From Candidatus Bathyarchaeia archaeon (GTDB lineage Archaea; Thermoproteota; Bathyarchaeia; 40CM-2-53-6), in contig JBEKSC010000019.1 of assembly GCA_049517415.1 (NCBI GenBank), positions 1 to 55,145 of the forward strand: a DNA stretch of 55,145 nt, given 5' to 3'. Numbering within the stretch: the stretch's first letter is position 1; every line of letters begins with the position of its first letter. Of the stretch, positions 40,814-51,212 are shown in pieces. The position numbers and the translations under genes are program-made. Under the pieces are notes generated by a model. The model made no database searches and had not been told where the DNA came from. It worked only from the letters and a program-made list of their open reading frames with translations.

Positions 40814-41731
40814 ATGAATCGCGCCGCTGTTCCAATGTATATGCTTCTAGTTTCTGCGCTGTTGTTGCTACCCAGAGCTTCAGCTGTTCCAGCAGTGACC
40901 ACTGCTTACTCAGCTAATTGGAGTGGGTACGTGGCCACGGGTCCTAACCCATATACGTCTGTCAGCGCTAGTTGGACTGTCCCGTCTGTTTCAGCAACCT
41001 TCCCGCCTGCTTATTCCGCTGTTTGGGTTGGGATAGGTGGAGTGGACCGTAACAGCAATAGGCTGCTTCAAGCCGGCACCGAACAAGATGTTCTGAGTAA
41101 TGGCACGGCTAGCTATTATGCATGGCATGAAGTTTACCCTAGGCCTTCAATGCCTGTCGCCCACATATCTCCGGGCGATTCTATCACAGTAACTATTTCT
41201 CAAGTACTCGCAAACGCTTCGGCGTGGCGTATACTAATTGTTCGCAACTCAGGAACAATCCTAAACCTCACAGTAAACACGAGGATCAATCTCGCATCAC
41301 AGGCAACCGCAGAATTTATCGTTGAAAGGCCATCGATACTGCCTAGAAATCAACTGGCGAGATTGGCCAATTTCGGAACCGTAAAATTTTCTGGATGCAA
41401 CACGAATCAGGGCGCTCTTGCTTCGTTAACAAGCGCGTACATGGTCATTATGACGAGCAACGCTACGAGCTCAGGAACGTATCTAGCGCAGCCGGGCGCG
41501 CTGGAATTGACAGCCAACAGTTTCAGCGTGCATTACTCTGCAGCAGTCGCAGCTGTAGATGAATTCCCGACGTCTACATTAGTATTGGTTCTTGCTTTAA
41601 TCTCAAGTTTCTTCGGGGTAACTGGGCGGATTTCAAGAAATAAGGACACGAAACGATGTATCATGTGGAGGCGCAAGAACGTTTCGAGCAAAACAACGAA
41701 GAGGGATGGTCGCGATATTCTTGATGTGTGA
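40814..41731 (+). CDS. Glutamic peptidase, family G1 (peptidase A4), surface-anchored
   Basis: SANWSGY, WVGIGG, LLQAGT (catalytic Q), AEFIVERP (catalytic E); PEF-CTERM-like DEFP plus TM. Confidence 0.88.
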   Translation: MNRAAVPMYMLLVSALLLLPRASAVPAVTTAYSANWSGYVATGPNPYTSVSASWTVPSVSATFPPAYSAVWVGIGGVDRNSNRLLQAGTEQDVLSNGTASYYAWHEVYPRPSMPVAHISPGDSITVTISQVLANASAWRILIVRNSGTILNLTVNTRINLASQATAEFIVERPSILPRNQLARLANFGTVKFSGCNTNQGALASLTSAYMVIMTSNATSSGTYLAQPGALELTANSFSVHYSAAVAAVDEFPTSTLVLVLALISSFFGVTGRISRNKDTKRCIMWRRKNVSSKTTKRDGRDILDV

Positions 41732-42130
41732 TTTCATTTCTCACTAGGGTAACCGGGGGTGAGACATTAGAAGTGTACGTGGTGCCTCTTGATTTCGTAC
41801 GTTTTTCTTGTTCGATGAGAAAAAACAGCTGGATTCCCGATAGCGTTCGGCCGGTTGTCACCTTCCTTGATCCGGTCAGGAATCTCCAATCTGGTTTCAT
41901 TCTGTTGTTTGTGTGCTTCCCAGAAGCTGTCACTTCTCAACTTTTGAGGCTGCCCTTAGTACCATCTGCTTTCCTAATCAGATCTGGCAAAATCGTGATT
42001 TTCCGGATTCGCTGAAAGCCAGATTCTCCTCCAGATTTGTGCCTTCTTCCCCCAAATACTCCGCAACAGTCAAAACGTACAAACAACCGCAATCCACAAA
42101 AACCACCCCACAGTCTTTTGATTTCTTACT

Positions 42131-42277
42131 AGCGGGGTGGGGTAGCCAGGTTTAACCCGCAGAACCTTCCCGTGCGGAGGGCTCATATCCTGGCGAGAAA
42201 CCCTGAGATTGAGTTGAAAGACTCCTCAACCGGTGGTTCGAAAGGCCATAAGCCCGAACATCCACCCCCCGCTACCA
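42131..42277 (+). tRNA. Initiator tRNA-Met(CAU) with four introns (29/30, 37/38, 47/48, 59/60)
   Basis: Removing 42163-42179, 42188-42199, 42210-42230 and 42243-42260 gives AGCGGGGUGGGGUAGCCAGGUUUAACCCGCAGGGCUCAUAACCCUGAGAUCGGUGGUUCGAAUCCACCCCCCGCUACCA (79 nt; A1-U72, three G-C anticodon-stem pairs, encoded CCA). Confidence 0.92.
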
Positions 42278-42384
42278 ACCGTAATTCGGTTCTACCAGTT
42301 CGAACCAGTCATTGCGAAGACAAAAATATGCCATTCCGGAGGTTTCATAATACCCTTAGCCTAGAGTAGGAGTAGCTGAGTCCC

Positions 42385-43041
42385 TTGTACACACCCTACA
42401 TGCCCCGTCCCGGGAGACCGATTGGTGTAACCCTCCTCACTATACTGCAAGTCATCAGCGGAATCGTAGACATTGGGTTCGGAACGATACTTATCCTCGC
42501 CTACGTTGTGATTGCGGCCCTCGCAGGTGAAGGCTTCCTAGCCCTCGCGCTGCTGTTGCTTGGTATTATCGCAATCGGCCTTGGAATTCTTTCGTTCGTC
42601 TTAGCATACGGGCTATGGGCTGGGAAAGGATGGGCGTGGGGCCTTAGCATAGTAGGAGCAATCATCGGGCTTATCTTGGGAGTGCTAAGTCTAGTGTCAA
42701 GTTTGGTTTCTGGAGGATTGATTCTGGAGGAGATCGTAGGATTCGTCCCAATCATCCTCTACCTACTCATGATTGTGTACTTGAATACTCGCAATGTTAG
42801 AGCCTTCTTCGGGCGTGCTGGAGGAATCGGGCGGCAAAGGGCCCCGTGGCCAGGAGGCCCACCTTACATGCCGCAAGCTCAGCCTCCCTATTTCCAACCT
42901 TCTCCTCAGCAACCGTATTACCAACAGCAGGGAGGATATCCCCAGTCAACGCCTTCGGCAACAATCACCTGCTCCTATTGCGGTACACCTAACAATTCCA
43001 GTACAAACTTCTGTGACAGGTGCGGAAATCGCCTTCGATAA
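42385..43041 (+). CDS. 4-TM membrane protein with Pro/Gln linker and C-terminal zinc ribbon
   Basis: RPIGVT, YGLW.GKGWAW, VRAFF, CSYCG..FCDRCG. Confidence 0.8.
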   Translation: MYTPYMPRPGRPIGVTLLTILQVISGIVDIGFGTILILAYVVIAALAGEGFLALALLLLGIIAIGLGILSFVLAYGLWAGKGWAWGLSIVGAIIGLILGVLSLVSSLVSGGLILEEIVGFVPIILYLLMIVYLNTRNVRAFFGRAGGIGRQRAPWPGGPPYMPQAQPPYFQPSPQQPYYQQQGGYPQSTPSATITCSYCGTPNNSSTNFCDRCGNRLR

Positions 43042-43330
43042 ACAGTGCGTTCAGTCAGATTTCACCTTGATTCGAACTGACGCAGCATATCGCCTCGAAC
43101 CGTTTAGGCTTGTGTATTGAGAGCAGTTGGGTGCCACCGGTACCTCCCTGCGGAAACTGAAAAATTCGAATCTCAGAGCCATAATACGTTTGCGCTTGCG
43201 GAATATCAAAAGTTCTGCAGCATACTGCAATAAGCCTCATAGCCGTGGCCCATGCAGAGCCGGGGCTCGTGACTTTGAATGGCCCCGCGACCTTCGTCCA
43301 AGAATCTAATTGTTCGTAGAGTGTTCGAAT

Positions 43331-44161
43331 TTACCGCAAAGACCCGCTAAACCCTATGCGAGGAGTTTCACGGATGCTTGCAGCAATCGTTACCGCACCG
43401 TTGCCAATGTACCAGAATGGTGGTGCATATGAAGTGTCAAGGGGGTCTTTCGGTTCCTGTCCCTGGTTGAACGGCGACACTGTGTTGAACACGGCGGAGT
43501 AGACACTCTCTCCTTGGGTTAGGTAGGCAATCATTTGGATAGTGAGATCATCTATTAAGCCAAATTCAAGGGAAATCGACCCGTTGCAGTAGATCACCGA
43601 CGAAACCCCCGCTGTAACGAACATGGGTGCGATCGCATCGCCATCACTCGAGAGGAACATCAGTAGCGAGACATGGCTTAGGGTGTTTGGCGCTAAGCGA
43701 TTTGTGAAGAACTCCGCACTTGCTCCAACGATACCAGTGTTGGCATTTAGCCAGCCTTGGGCGAAATCTACGGGGTATTCGTCTTGCACTCCATCGTTGA
43801 TATTTTCTCCCACCCACCAGTATTCGGTGTGCTTCCATGTGTAACTGTCAGTTCGCCAGATCACGATGTTGTAGTTCTTAATCTGGTTCAAAATCAAATC
43901 GACCGTCACCCGGCCATCGTTTAGGTATGTTACGTTGTATCCTGCATGCGTCAAGTACCAAACAGCATCTTTGCCATATTGGCCCATAGGCTCTGTTTCG
44001 TTCAGAGAGGATAAAATCAAGGCTTGGCCCTGGGGAACAGCATACCGTGGAGGAAGAGCATTAACCCCCATCGGAACCGAGAGCATCAACAGTATCAAGA
44101 TAGCAATGATTTGTTTCAAGACCAACATACCTTTCTTTGATTTCGAGTCTTCCGAGAACAA
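43331..44161 (-). CDS. Secreted hypothetical protein
   Basis: N-terminal signal peptide, alpha/beta pattern. Confidence 0.7.
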   Translation of the reverse strand: MFSEDSKSKKGMLVLKQIIAILILLMLSVPMGVNALPPRYAVPQGQALILSSLNETEPMGQYGKDAVWYLTHAGYNVTYLNDGRVTVDLILNQIKNYNIVIWRTDSYTWKHTEYWWVGENINDGVQDEYPVDFAQGWLNANTGIVGASAEFFTNRLAPNTLSHVSLLMFLSSDGDAIAPMFVTAGVSSVIYCNGSISLEFGLIDDLTIQMIAYLTQGESVYSAVFNTVSPFNQGQEPKDPLDTSYAPPFWYIGNGAVTIAASIRETPRIGFSGSLR

Positions 44162-44268
44162 AACTGTTATTCACCGTGCCTGCAAAATTGAAGTTCGCCC
44201 TAGCAGAGAAATTGCTGAGTTTGTCTCAATTATAGTGCGAACGATCGGAACTCAACTGAAAGTTCCAT

Positions 44269-45051
44269 TCAAGCGGTCTTCATAAGGACAGCATAGTGAC
44301 GCTTGTATTTCTTCCTCGGTATCATGAAGTTGGCAATCATTTTGAATCCAGAGTGTTGTGCGAACTGTCTTATTTCTGACACTGAAAAGAACCGCACATA
44401 GGAACTGTCAACATACGTCTGAACGTGGGTGACTTTAGGGGCATGGTACCTTGACTGTTCACTTGGTGCCGTCAGCTTGGAAGACTTTGAGTAAATAATG
44501 TAGATGTCTTTTGAATATAACACGTTTGAGGCCACCTGTCCAACAGAAACTCTTACGATCAGCTTGTCACTCAGATCCCACGATTCTGTGATTGCTTTTC
44601 CAAGGTCGCTCCATACAATTTGGGAGATCCACTCATAATCAAAGATCAGCAACCCTTCCGGTCGAAGTAAGGAGTACGTGTTATCCAGAAATCGTTTCAC
44701 CTCGTCGTCCTTTACAGGAATAGACCAGTTTAAGCAAAGGGCGGCATCAAAGATTACGTCGGGACGATATTCATAGTAGCTACCCACAACAAAGCAGGGG
44801 TGAGTCTTCTCCTGCTGGGCCCTTCTTCTGGCAAACCGAATGTTCTGTTTTGAAATATCAATCCCAGCGGCTTCAAAGCCTAATTTCGCTAGCGCCCTTA
44901 CGTGGTACCCCGTCCCGCAGCCTAAGTCCACTACAGATTTTGATTCATGATTCCTCAAGAGAGAAGTGATGAGTTTAATTTCGCTCTGCCAATCCCTGCC
45001 TTCTATGGATTCGTAGTAAGTAACGAGCTGGTTGTATAGGGGACGATGCAT
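44269..45051 (-). CDS. Class I SAM-dependent methyltransferase
   Basis: VDLGCGTG, GIDIS, LRPEGLLIFD. Confidence 0.9.
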   Translation of the reverse strand: MHRPLYNQLVTYYESIEGRDWQSEIKLITSLLRNHESKSVVDLGCGTGYHVRALAKLGFEAAGIDISKQNIRFARRRAQQEKTHPCFVVGSYYEYRPDVIFDAALCLNWSIPVKDDEVKRFLDNTYSLLRPEGLLIFDYEWISQIVWSDLGKAITESWDLSDKLIVRVSVGQVASNVLYSKDIYIIYSKSSKLTAPSEQSRYHAPKVTHVQTYVDSSYVRFFSVSEIRQFAQHSGFKMIANFMIPRKKYKRHYAVLMKTA

Positions 45052-45112
45052 TAGGTCGGATGCGCGGCGGAGTTCTAATATAGATTGTTCTTATGGCAAC
45101 GCGTAGAAGTGT

Positions 45113-45859
45113 ATGTCAAGAAGTAGCCGCAAGGTATGCTTCCCTGCATCGGAATACATCGTATACGAACCTTATCTTGGATTGCATTTGGCCTATCATG
45201 CTAAGAGGTTCTGCTTTTCGGAACAGTCAAAATATCAGAAAATAGACATAATTGATAACGATGCTTATGGTAGAATGCTGTTTCTCGACAATAATCTCCA
45301 GCATACGGCGTACGATTCGCGCACTTTCAACAAAGCCCTCTGCAGTACCGCTAGAAGAAATCGAGTGGCACGCGTGGTTGTGCTCGGAGGCGGTAGCGGG
45401 CAGACGATACTGACACTGCTTGAATCACCCTCAATCAAGCATGTCCAGGTCGTTGAGATTGACGCATTGCTCGTCGAATCTTGCAGGAAGTACATCAAGG
45501 GGGCAGATCGGGCGTTCAGGGACCCGAGGGTTAGAATCTTGATCGGTGATGCTTTCAAGTATCTTCATTCCACGGACGATAAATTTGATGCCGCCATCAT
45601 CGATCTTACCGAGAGACCTTTTGGTTTCCAGAACAATTCGGCCACACTGAAACGATTGTACGCGGATATCAAAGAGAAATGCAAAGGTCGTTGCAGTCAG
45701 TACGTCGGATCGTCAGTGGGGCTAGCTTACAGCCCACAAATGAGGAGCTTGGCAGATAGGGTGAGTAGACAGTTCCTCTCGAATATGAAATATGAGGAGG
45801 TCTTCATCCCATCGTTTGGTGCACCGCATACATTCATGCATGCGGGATACGAAATATGA
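45113..45859 (+). CDS. Spermidine synthase-like protein
   Basis: SKYQKI, YGRMLFLD..LQ, VLGGGSG, VEID, GDA, IIDLT. Confidence 0.8.
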   Translation: MSRSSRKVCFPASEYIVYEPYLGLHLAYHAKRFCFSEQSKYQKIDIIDNDAYGRMLFLDNNLQHTAYDSRTFNKALCSTARRNRVARVVVLGGGSGQTILTLLESPSIKHVQVVEIDALLVESCRKYIKGADRAFRDPRVRILIGDAFKYLHSTDDKFDAAIIDLTERPFGFQNNSATLKRLYADIKEKCKGRCSQYVGSSVGLAYSPQMRSLADRVSRQFLSNMKYEEVFIPSFGAPHTFMHAGYEI

Positions 45860-45878
45860 CCCGGTCAAGTGAGAACGT

Positions 45879-45894
45879 TGATGGGGCGGGAGGG
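45879..45894 (-). repeat. 15/16-bp copy of the tRNA-Pro 3' end (att-like)
   Basis: TGATGGGGCGGGAGGG vs TGGTGGGGCGGGAGGG at 52406-52421. Confidence 0.5.
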
Positions 45895-46086
45895 CTTCAC
45901 ATCAAAGTTCATGTGGAGCCAGTCCATATGATTTAAACAGATTTTCTGAGCCGAATGCGCGTGTCATGCCTTCATCTTGGATTGGAATTACAGGTAGCTA
46001 ACCAGTTATTCATCACCATGGAACCGACCGATTCCTTCGCTTAAGCGGATACGGTGTGTTCTAGGATGTGGTGTGTGTAGGTTTGT

Positions 46087-47679
46087 CTATTCTGGTGGAA
46101 GTTCCTTGAATACTAGGCTAAAGTCGAGCCCTTGCTTCTTGAAGTACCATTTTGCGGCCGGGTAGGCTATCGCTCCCACTATCCAAATACCTAGGACCAA
46201 GCCCAGTGATGCCCACAATGTCAGTGATGGCGAAGCCCAGTTAAGGCCGAAGTATGGCAAGAAAAGATACTGGTATGTGATGTAGGCGAAGAATCCCATG
46301 ACGATCACGCCAGATAACATCAACCATGTAGACGCATTCTTCAAGTCGGCTCTCTTCTTCCAACCATAAACGATTGCGGTTATGCCAATGAATGCGAACC
46401 AAAGTGAGCCTTCAGCTGAGGTAACGAAGAGGGACAGCCAGCTCGTGAAGGAGGAGAAAAGAATCAACGGAACCGTTACAATGAATACGATAAGAATTGA
46501 CATGATTGGAGTGTGGAACCTGTCGCTGACACCAGCGAGTCTACGAGGAAGGATACCGTCAAAGGACATGGCTAGGATGTATCTGGAATCCGCAAGAATT
46601 GTTTGCTGAGCAGCCGCCAAATACCAGAACGCGAAGAAGATGTTCATTATCCAAATGAGCGCCGGGTTACTGCTAGCAGCGATGGTCGCTATGGTTAGCA
46701 TGTTCGGATACACCCCGTTACTCGAAAGGGCGGACGGCCACGACAATGGCGCCTGCATCGCGAAATTGAAACCTAAGTAACTGTAATACATTTGCAGGAA
46801 GATCATCAAGAGCGCCCCACCACCAATAACTGCGAGCACAGTCCCGTACAGAGCCGATTTCTTAATATTCTTCAATTCCCCGCCAAACGCCGCCGTGTTG
46901 TTAAAGTAAGGTAATGCGAACATGAGCCATGGAAAGAGAAGAACGATCGCACCAAAGTCAAGTCTTGAACCAGCGTATTGAGATGCTATGCCAGTGTACG
47001 TAGCATTGTTCTGCTGCAAAACTGCCGAAACGCTCGATTGAACACCACTCGGACCATTTACGACAAAAACGAGACCGACGATGATCATTCCGATTGTGCC
47101 GATTGCGGCGAAAACGGCGATGAGCCAGTAGGATCTTGCTGGCGACACGATGTTAACAGCCGTCAGCACGATCATTATCACTATGGAAACGACGGCCAAG
47201 AAAACGGGGGTTGTAAGCGAACTGGCCGCTGACGTGAGGCCCATATTGCCCGTGACCACTGCGATCGTTGAGATCGACGGCGATAACGCTAACGTGAACA
47301 TCCAATTCAGTGAGATTGCTATGAACGGAAACCCGGTGAAGAGAAAACCGTAGATTAGCACGGTTGGGATCCATGCGCCAATGTTTCTGCTCATCCATAC
47401 GTAGTCGCCTCCGGTCCGACCAACGGCGGGAATCATTCTAAAGTAAATGTAGGCTTCCAAGAGCGCTACGATAAGAAACAGCAACGTCGCAACAACAACA
47501 TCACCTCCTGGATTTCCGTTAGGGAAGAACGAGTCAACGTCATTCATGAGAAGAAGCTCGCTACCGAGACCGATCTCACCTATGCTCGCCCAAAGCATAA
47601 CCCAAGGGCTAATCGATTTCACAAGGCCTGTTGCTTCTCGGATGAAAACTGGAGCGTGTTTAGTCGTCAAGGATTCCAA
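46087..47679 (-). CDS. APC family amino acid/polyamine permease
   Basis: FIREATGLVK, RTGGDYVWMSR, GELKN, SRYILAMSFDGILP, FKELPPE. Confidence 0.92.
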   Translation of the reverse strand: MESLTTKHAPVFIREATGLVKSISPWVMLWASIGEIGLGSELLLMNDVDSFFPNGNPGGDVVVATLLFLIVALLEAYIYFRMIPAVGRTGGDYVWMSRNIGAWIPTVLIYGFLFTGFPFIAISLNWMFTLALSPSISTIAVVTGNMGLTSAASSLTTPVFLAVVSIVIMIVLTAVNIVSPARSYWLIAVFAAIGTIGMIIVGLVFVVNGPSGVQSSVSAVLQQNNATYTGIASQYAGSRLDFGAIVLLFPWLMFALPYFNNTAAFGGELKNIKKSALYGTVLAVIGGGALLMIFLQMYYSYLGFNFAMQAPLSWPSALSSNGVYPNMLTIATIAASSNPALIWIMNIFFAFWYLAAAQQTILADSRYILAMSFDGILPRRLAGVSDRFHTPIMSILIVFIVTVPLILFSSFTSWLSLFVTSAEGSLWFAFIGITAIVYGWKKRADLKNASTWLMLSGVIVMGFFAYITYQYLFLPYFGLNWASPSLTLWASLGLVLGIWIVGAIAYPAAKWYFKKQGLDFSLVFKELPPE

Positions 47680-47817
47680 TCATTGAAGCGGATTCTGGAA
47701 ATATATTAAACCTTTGTAGAAATCTGCGGCTGATGATCTTTCGCGGAATAAAGAAACAATTTGGGCTGCTCATCGTATGCGGGTAATTGGTTATCTTTCA
47801 CCGATTCTCGCTTCAAC

Positions 47818-48825
47818 TTAGATCAAACACTTCACGGCCTCTAGGCCAACTTGAAGCGCCTTGTCCTCGGCCATCCTCTTCATCTTCTCGTCTTCTACGA
47901 AAGATGAGCCCGGTAGAACGCCAACGACAGCCGAGACCATTCCGAAACGCGTCTCATGTGCTTGAGCTGCAACAGCTATTGCAGAGAGCTCCATTTCGGT
48001 CGTGCGGCAATTTTCAGTCTGGCAGAGGTGAAGGAAAATATCGGTACTGAGTTCAGCATATAGTGAGTCTTTAGTGACGTTTCCACCCTTTTGATACGCG
48101 CCCTTTGCTATTCGAGAGCCCGCGAACTCTATGGCGTCAACCACACCGCGGCTGCATTCGACTCTCGGATAGTTGCCTTTTGTAATGGTGAAATTTGGGC
48201 TGAGACTGGTCCACTTGGAGCGGAATTCCTCATAGGCTCCTGGATGCCAGAAGTCGAGTCGGAGCAGTGATTGCATGATAGCCCCTGTAGCGCCGATCGA
48301 ATGTGTCGCGTTGACAACGTCACCGAGCCGGACCGGCGGCATGCCCCCGCAGTTTATGCCACCAGCTGTGCCTATTCGAATTACAATCTTATTCGGCAGA
48401 CTGATCATTTTACCACTGATTCTGTACTCATTGCTGGTTAGCTTGTCCGAGAGAATCTCATTCATTATGATTTGAGTTGCAGAGGAGCCCATCTGCGTCT
48501 CTAATACCAGTACTGGGATCGACGCGATGGTTCCAATCACCATAGCTATGCGTCCAAACTCGGCGGTTGACGGCAGATTCTTGGTCTGAAGCTTTCGATT
48601 AGATAACTTTGCAGCAGTTTCCGGTATGAGTATAGGGTTTCGAAGCTTTCGTGCGATGGTGTACACCCGTCTCCGATCGCCGACTGCCAATACGATTGGC
48701 GGTGCGCGCCCCTCATTATCTTTCAGGTAAGGTATCCGATGCCAAACATGTGGTTTCTGATTGAGAAGCGATAGGGTCGTGTGGCGTCCTAGAAAATGCT
48801 GAGTCTCTCCGTCCAGCTGGCTCAT
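47818..48825 (-). CDS. Nucleoside (uridine-like) phosphorylase family protein
   Basis: VGDRRR, MGSSA, IRIGTAGG, DSLY, EME. Confidence 0.8.
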   Translation of the reverse strand: MSQLDGETQHFLGRHTTLSLLNQKPHVWHRIPYLKDNEGRAPPIVLAVGDRRRVYTIARKLRNPILIPETAAKLSNRKLQTKNLPSTAEFGRIAMVIGTIASIPVLVLETQMGSSATQIIMNEILSDKLTSNEYRISGKMISLPNKIVIRIGTAGGINCGGMPPVRLGDVVNATHSIGATGAIMQSLLRLDFWHPGAYEEFRSKWTSLSPNFTITKGNYPRVECSRGVVDAIEFAGSRIAKGAYQKGGNVTKDSLYAELSTDIFLHLCQTENCRTTEMELSAIAVAAQAHETRFGMVSAVVGVLPGSSFVEDEKMKRMAEDKALQVGLEAVKCLI

Positions 48826-48847
48826 CAGGTTATGCTCCTGTAAACAC

Positions 48848-49063
48848 CTAGGGTTTGAGGCCTTCGATGGTTCGAATGCCTCCCGCAGCTTTTACACCAA
48901 ACTCAGGCATGACAACTTCCCTCATGAGCCTAACGTCAGCTTCCGTTGCGCCGCTCTTGCCGAAACCGGTGGACGTCTTCAAGTAATCTGCTCTAGACTT
49001 CAAAGTCAGTTGACAAGCTTCCCTCTTCTCGCTGTCTGGTAGATAGCAGTTCCCAAGTATATG
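48848..49063 (-). pseudogene. deoC: Deoxyribose-phosphate aldolase remnant
   Basis: [28 protein letters not shown] only; N-terminal half missing, early stop. Confidence 0.85.
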
Positions 49064-49091
49064 GGCGCCTGAATTTGTGAGCTGATTTCCG

Positions 49092-50048
49092 CTACCCTTG
49101 GATGAGCAGATAGCTCTTGATTCCCTTCTCGTCCAAGTTGATAACGGCACCGCGTAAGATTCCTTGGCCATAGTCGCTTCCGGGGTTTATGCAAAGTGTC
49201 CGCCCTATCTTTACGAAACCTCGTGACTCGTGTATGTGTCCGTGAATGCCAAGAAGCGGCTGATTTTTCTCGATTGCTTGTCGCACAGCGATGCTTCCGA
49301 CGTGCACCATGCTGACGCTACTGCCACCGCTGAGCTTTGGTTTGAGAGTTTCATCAAGCTCGGGAGCGACATCTATGGGTGTATCGTAGGGCGGGCAGTG
49401 AAGGTTGAATATGCAGCTCCCCATTCGCTGAACCTTCGATGTCATTCGCTCGATGATCTCAGCGAGCTTCTCCTCCGTGGTTTCGCGTGGGCTATTCCAA
49501 GGAGTCGGGTTAGTCCAAGCGGTTGTGATCATCTCGTGCTGGTCGTCTATCCAGACCGTTTGATCCTCCGGGTACAGCACGAGAGAAGAGGATTTCAATA
49601 TTTCATCGATGTTGAATCTGTCGTCATTACCGGGGCTGATGTAGCACTTTGTGTTCGTTTCCTTCAGTCGCTCCTCGGCGATCTGAACCCAGCGCTTGAC
49701 GCCATCAGCCATAACTCTGGAGAAGAGCTCATCTTGGAGTTTCTTGTCGTTTGACAGTTTCTCCATCTCGTCAGGGTTAGTCATGTAAGGGTAGTAGCCG
49801 CTGTTACGAATGTTCTTCTCCAAACCGTCGCATTCCTCTTTCGTCTTGAGAATCTGTGTGGTTCCCAGGAACTCTGAGAAGTATGTTCCATCAGGTTGCT
49901 GCACTATTGGAACAATCATTTTCCCGGTAACATCGCCGCCCAGAATCAGGACATCAGCCTGATAGAACTTAGCGGCATTGATGAACTTCAGGAAGCAAAC
50001 ATCGGACCCGTGCACGTCAGAGGTAAAGAAAATCCTAGTTAAGCCCAT
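49092..50048 (-). CDS. Metallophosphoesterase (calcineurin-like)
   Basis: SDVHGS, GGD, PGNDD, HCPP, HGHIHES, NPGS. Confidence 0.9.
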   Translation of the reverse strand: MGLTRIFFTSDVHGSDVCFLKFINAAKFYQADVLILGGDVTGKMIVPIVQQPDGTYFSEFLGTTQILKTKEECDGLEKNIRNSGYYPYMTNPDEMEKLSNDKKLQDELFSRVMADGVKRWVQIAEERLKETNTKCYISPGNDDRFNIDEILKSSSLVLYPEDQTVWIDDQHEMITTAWTNPTPWNSPRETTEEKLAEIIERMTSKVQRMGSCIFNLHCPPYDTPIDVAPELDETLKPKLSGGSSVSMVHVGSIAVRQAIEKNQPLLGIHGHIHESRGFVKIGRTLCINPGSDYGQGILRGAVINLDEKGIKSYLLIQG

Positions 50049-50197
50049 AATGCGTTCACTACCTCACTCGGAATCGGCGTGCTGCGTAATTGTTCGCTCC
50101 GCTTTCTAAGCCTAATCCCTGAACCCACATTGCCAAAGAATTTGGTACGGATTCAGCTTTAATTCCTGCGCTGCTCCTCATACAAGGGGCAAGTTCC

Positions 50198-51145
50198 ATG
50201 ATTCACGAAGAGGTCTTGAAAGCCGTAGAAGACGTTCGGATTCGGCAAATGAGAGGCGGAACGATCGTCACTCACGTTGCTTTGATGGCACTGAGGTCTG
50301 CAGCTCAAGGATCAAAAGCTTCATCGCCCAAGGAATTCTCCTCTGAGCTTGAAGAGAACACGCGGTACTTGACGAACATACGAGCTGCTTCAATTCCACT
50401 CGCGAATGGCCTTCGCCATGTGGTATCTGAGGTTCAAAAGTCGATGGAACGCGGCTCAACTGTCCAAGAATTGAAGCAGGTGGTCTCGGAGGCCGCTACG
50501 ACGTTCGACAGGAAATTGGAAGAGTCGATACGGGAGATCGCAGAGATTGGCGCACGGAGGCTCAGGGACGGAGATGTGGTGATGACCCACAGCTACAGTA
50601 GCTCCGTCATAGCGATCTTAAAGAAAGCACACCAGCAAGGCAAACCCCTCAAAGTGTTTGTAACGGAAACACGTCCCGAGCTGGAGGGCCGAGATGTTGC
50701 TCGAGAACTTGCGGCGGAAGGAATCGATACAACTCTCATCATAGATTCTGCGGTTTCTCACTTCATTGAGAAAACAGATAAGGTCCTAGTTGGTTCTGAG
50801 GCCGTCGCCGCGAATGGTGCAATCGTAAACAAGATTGGTACGGCGACAATCGCAGCTGTAGCGCATGGAGCGCGCGTTCGAGTCTACGCTGCAGCTAGCA
50901 CATACAAGTTCAGCCCGGAAACGATGCTAGGAGAGTTGATCCAAATCGAAGAAAGAGATCCAGCATTTGTCTTGGATGACCAAGAGATGCGGAAGTTGCC
51001 TAACATCACAGTCAGGAACCCAGCGTTCGACGTCACTTCCCCACAAGACATTGACCTAATCATCACGGAACGTGGAGTCATTCCACCGCAGGCTGCCATA
51101 ATGATCGTACGAGAGCAGAGCGATCACCTTAGCTTTGCAGCCTGA
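50198..51145 (+). CDS. eIF2B/R15Pi family paralog lacking the catalytic Cys/Asp
   Basis: ETRP, NKIGT, NPAFDVT retained; THSYS and VGSEAV replace THCNS and VGADA. Confidence 0.88.
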   Translation: MIHEEVLKAVEDVRIRQMRGGTIVTHVALMALRSAAQGSKASSPKEFSSELEENTRYLTNIRAASIPLANGLRHVVSEVQKSMERGSTVQELKQVVSEAATTFDRKLEESIREIAEIGARRLRDGDVVMTHSYSSSVIAILKKAHQQGKPLKVFVTETRPELEGRDVARELAAEGIDTTLIIDSAVSHFIEKTDKVLVGSEAVAANGAIVNKIGTATIAAVAHGARVRVYAAASTYKFSPETMLGELIQIEERDPAFVLDDQEMRKLPNITVRNPAFDVTSPQDIDLIITERGVIPPQAAIMIVREQSDHLSFAA

Positions 51146-51212
51146 GAATCTGAATTTAAGTCAAACAAGTCTTATGTGACTCGGGGAAGGCCTTCACTGT
51201 GTGGTTGATGCT

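Noticed and set aside
41661..42120. Several short overlapping ORFs before tRNA-iMet
   Set aside because: No recognisable motif or consistent frame; left uncalled
42131..42277. CAU tRNA as tRNA-Ile2 because tiaS is nearby
   Set aside because: A1-U72 and G29-G31/C39-C41 are initiator determinants
42172..42369. 65-aa ORF (and the 52175-52507 ORF)
   Set aside because: They overlap the tRNA genes and have no protein features
45879..45940. tRNA-Pro 3' copy as a trans-spliced split-tRNA half
   Set aside because: It cannot form the 3-nt bulge of a BHB, and CCA is mutated; kept only as a possible att remnant
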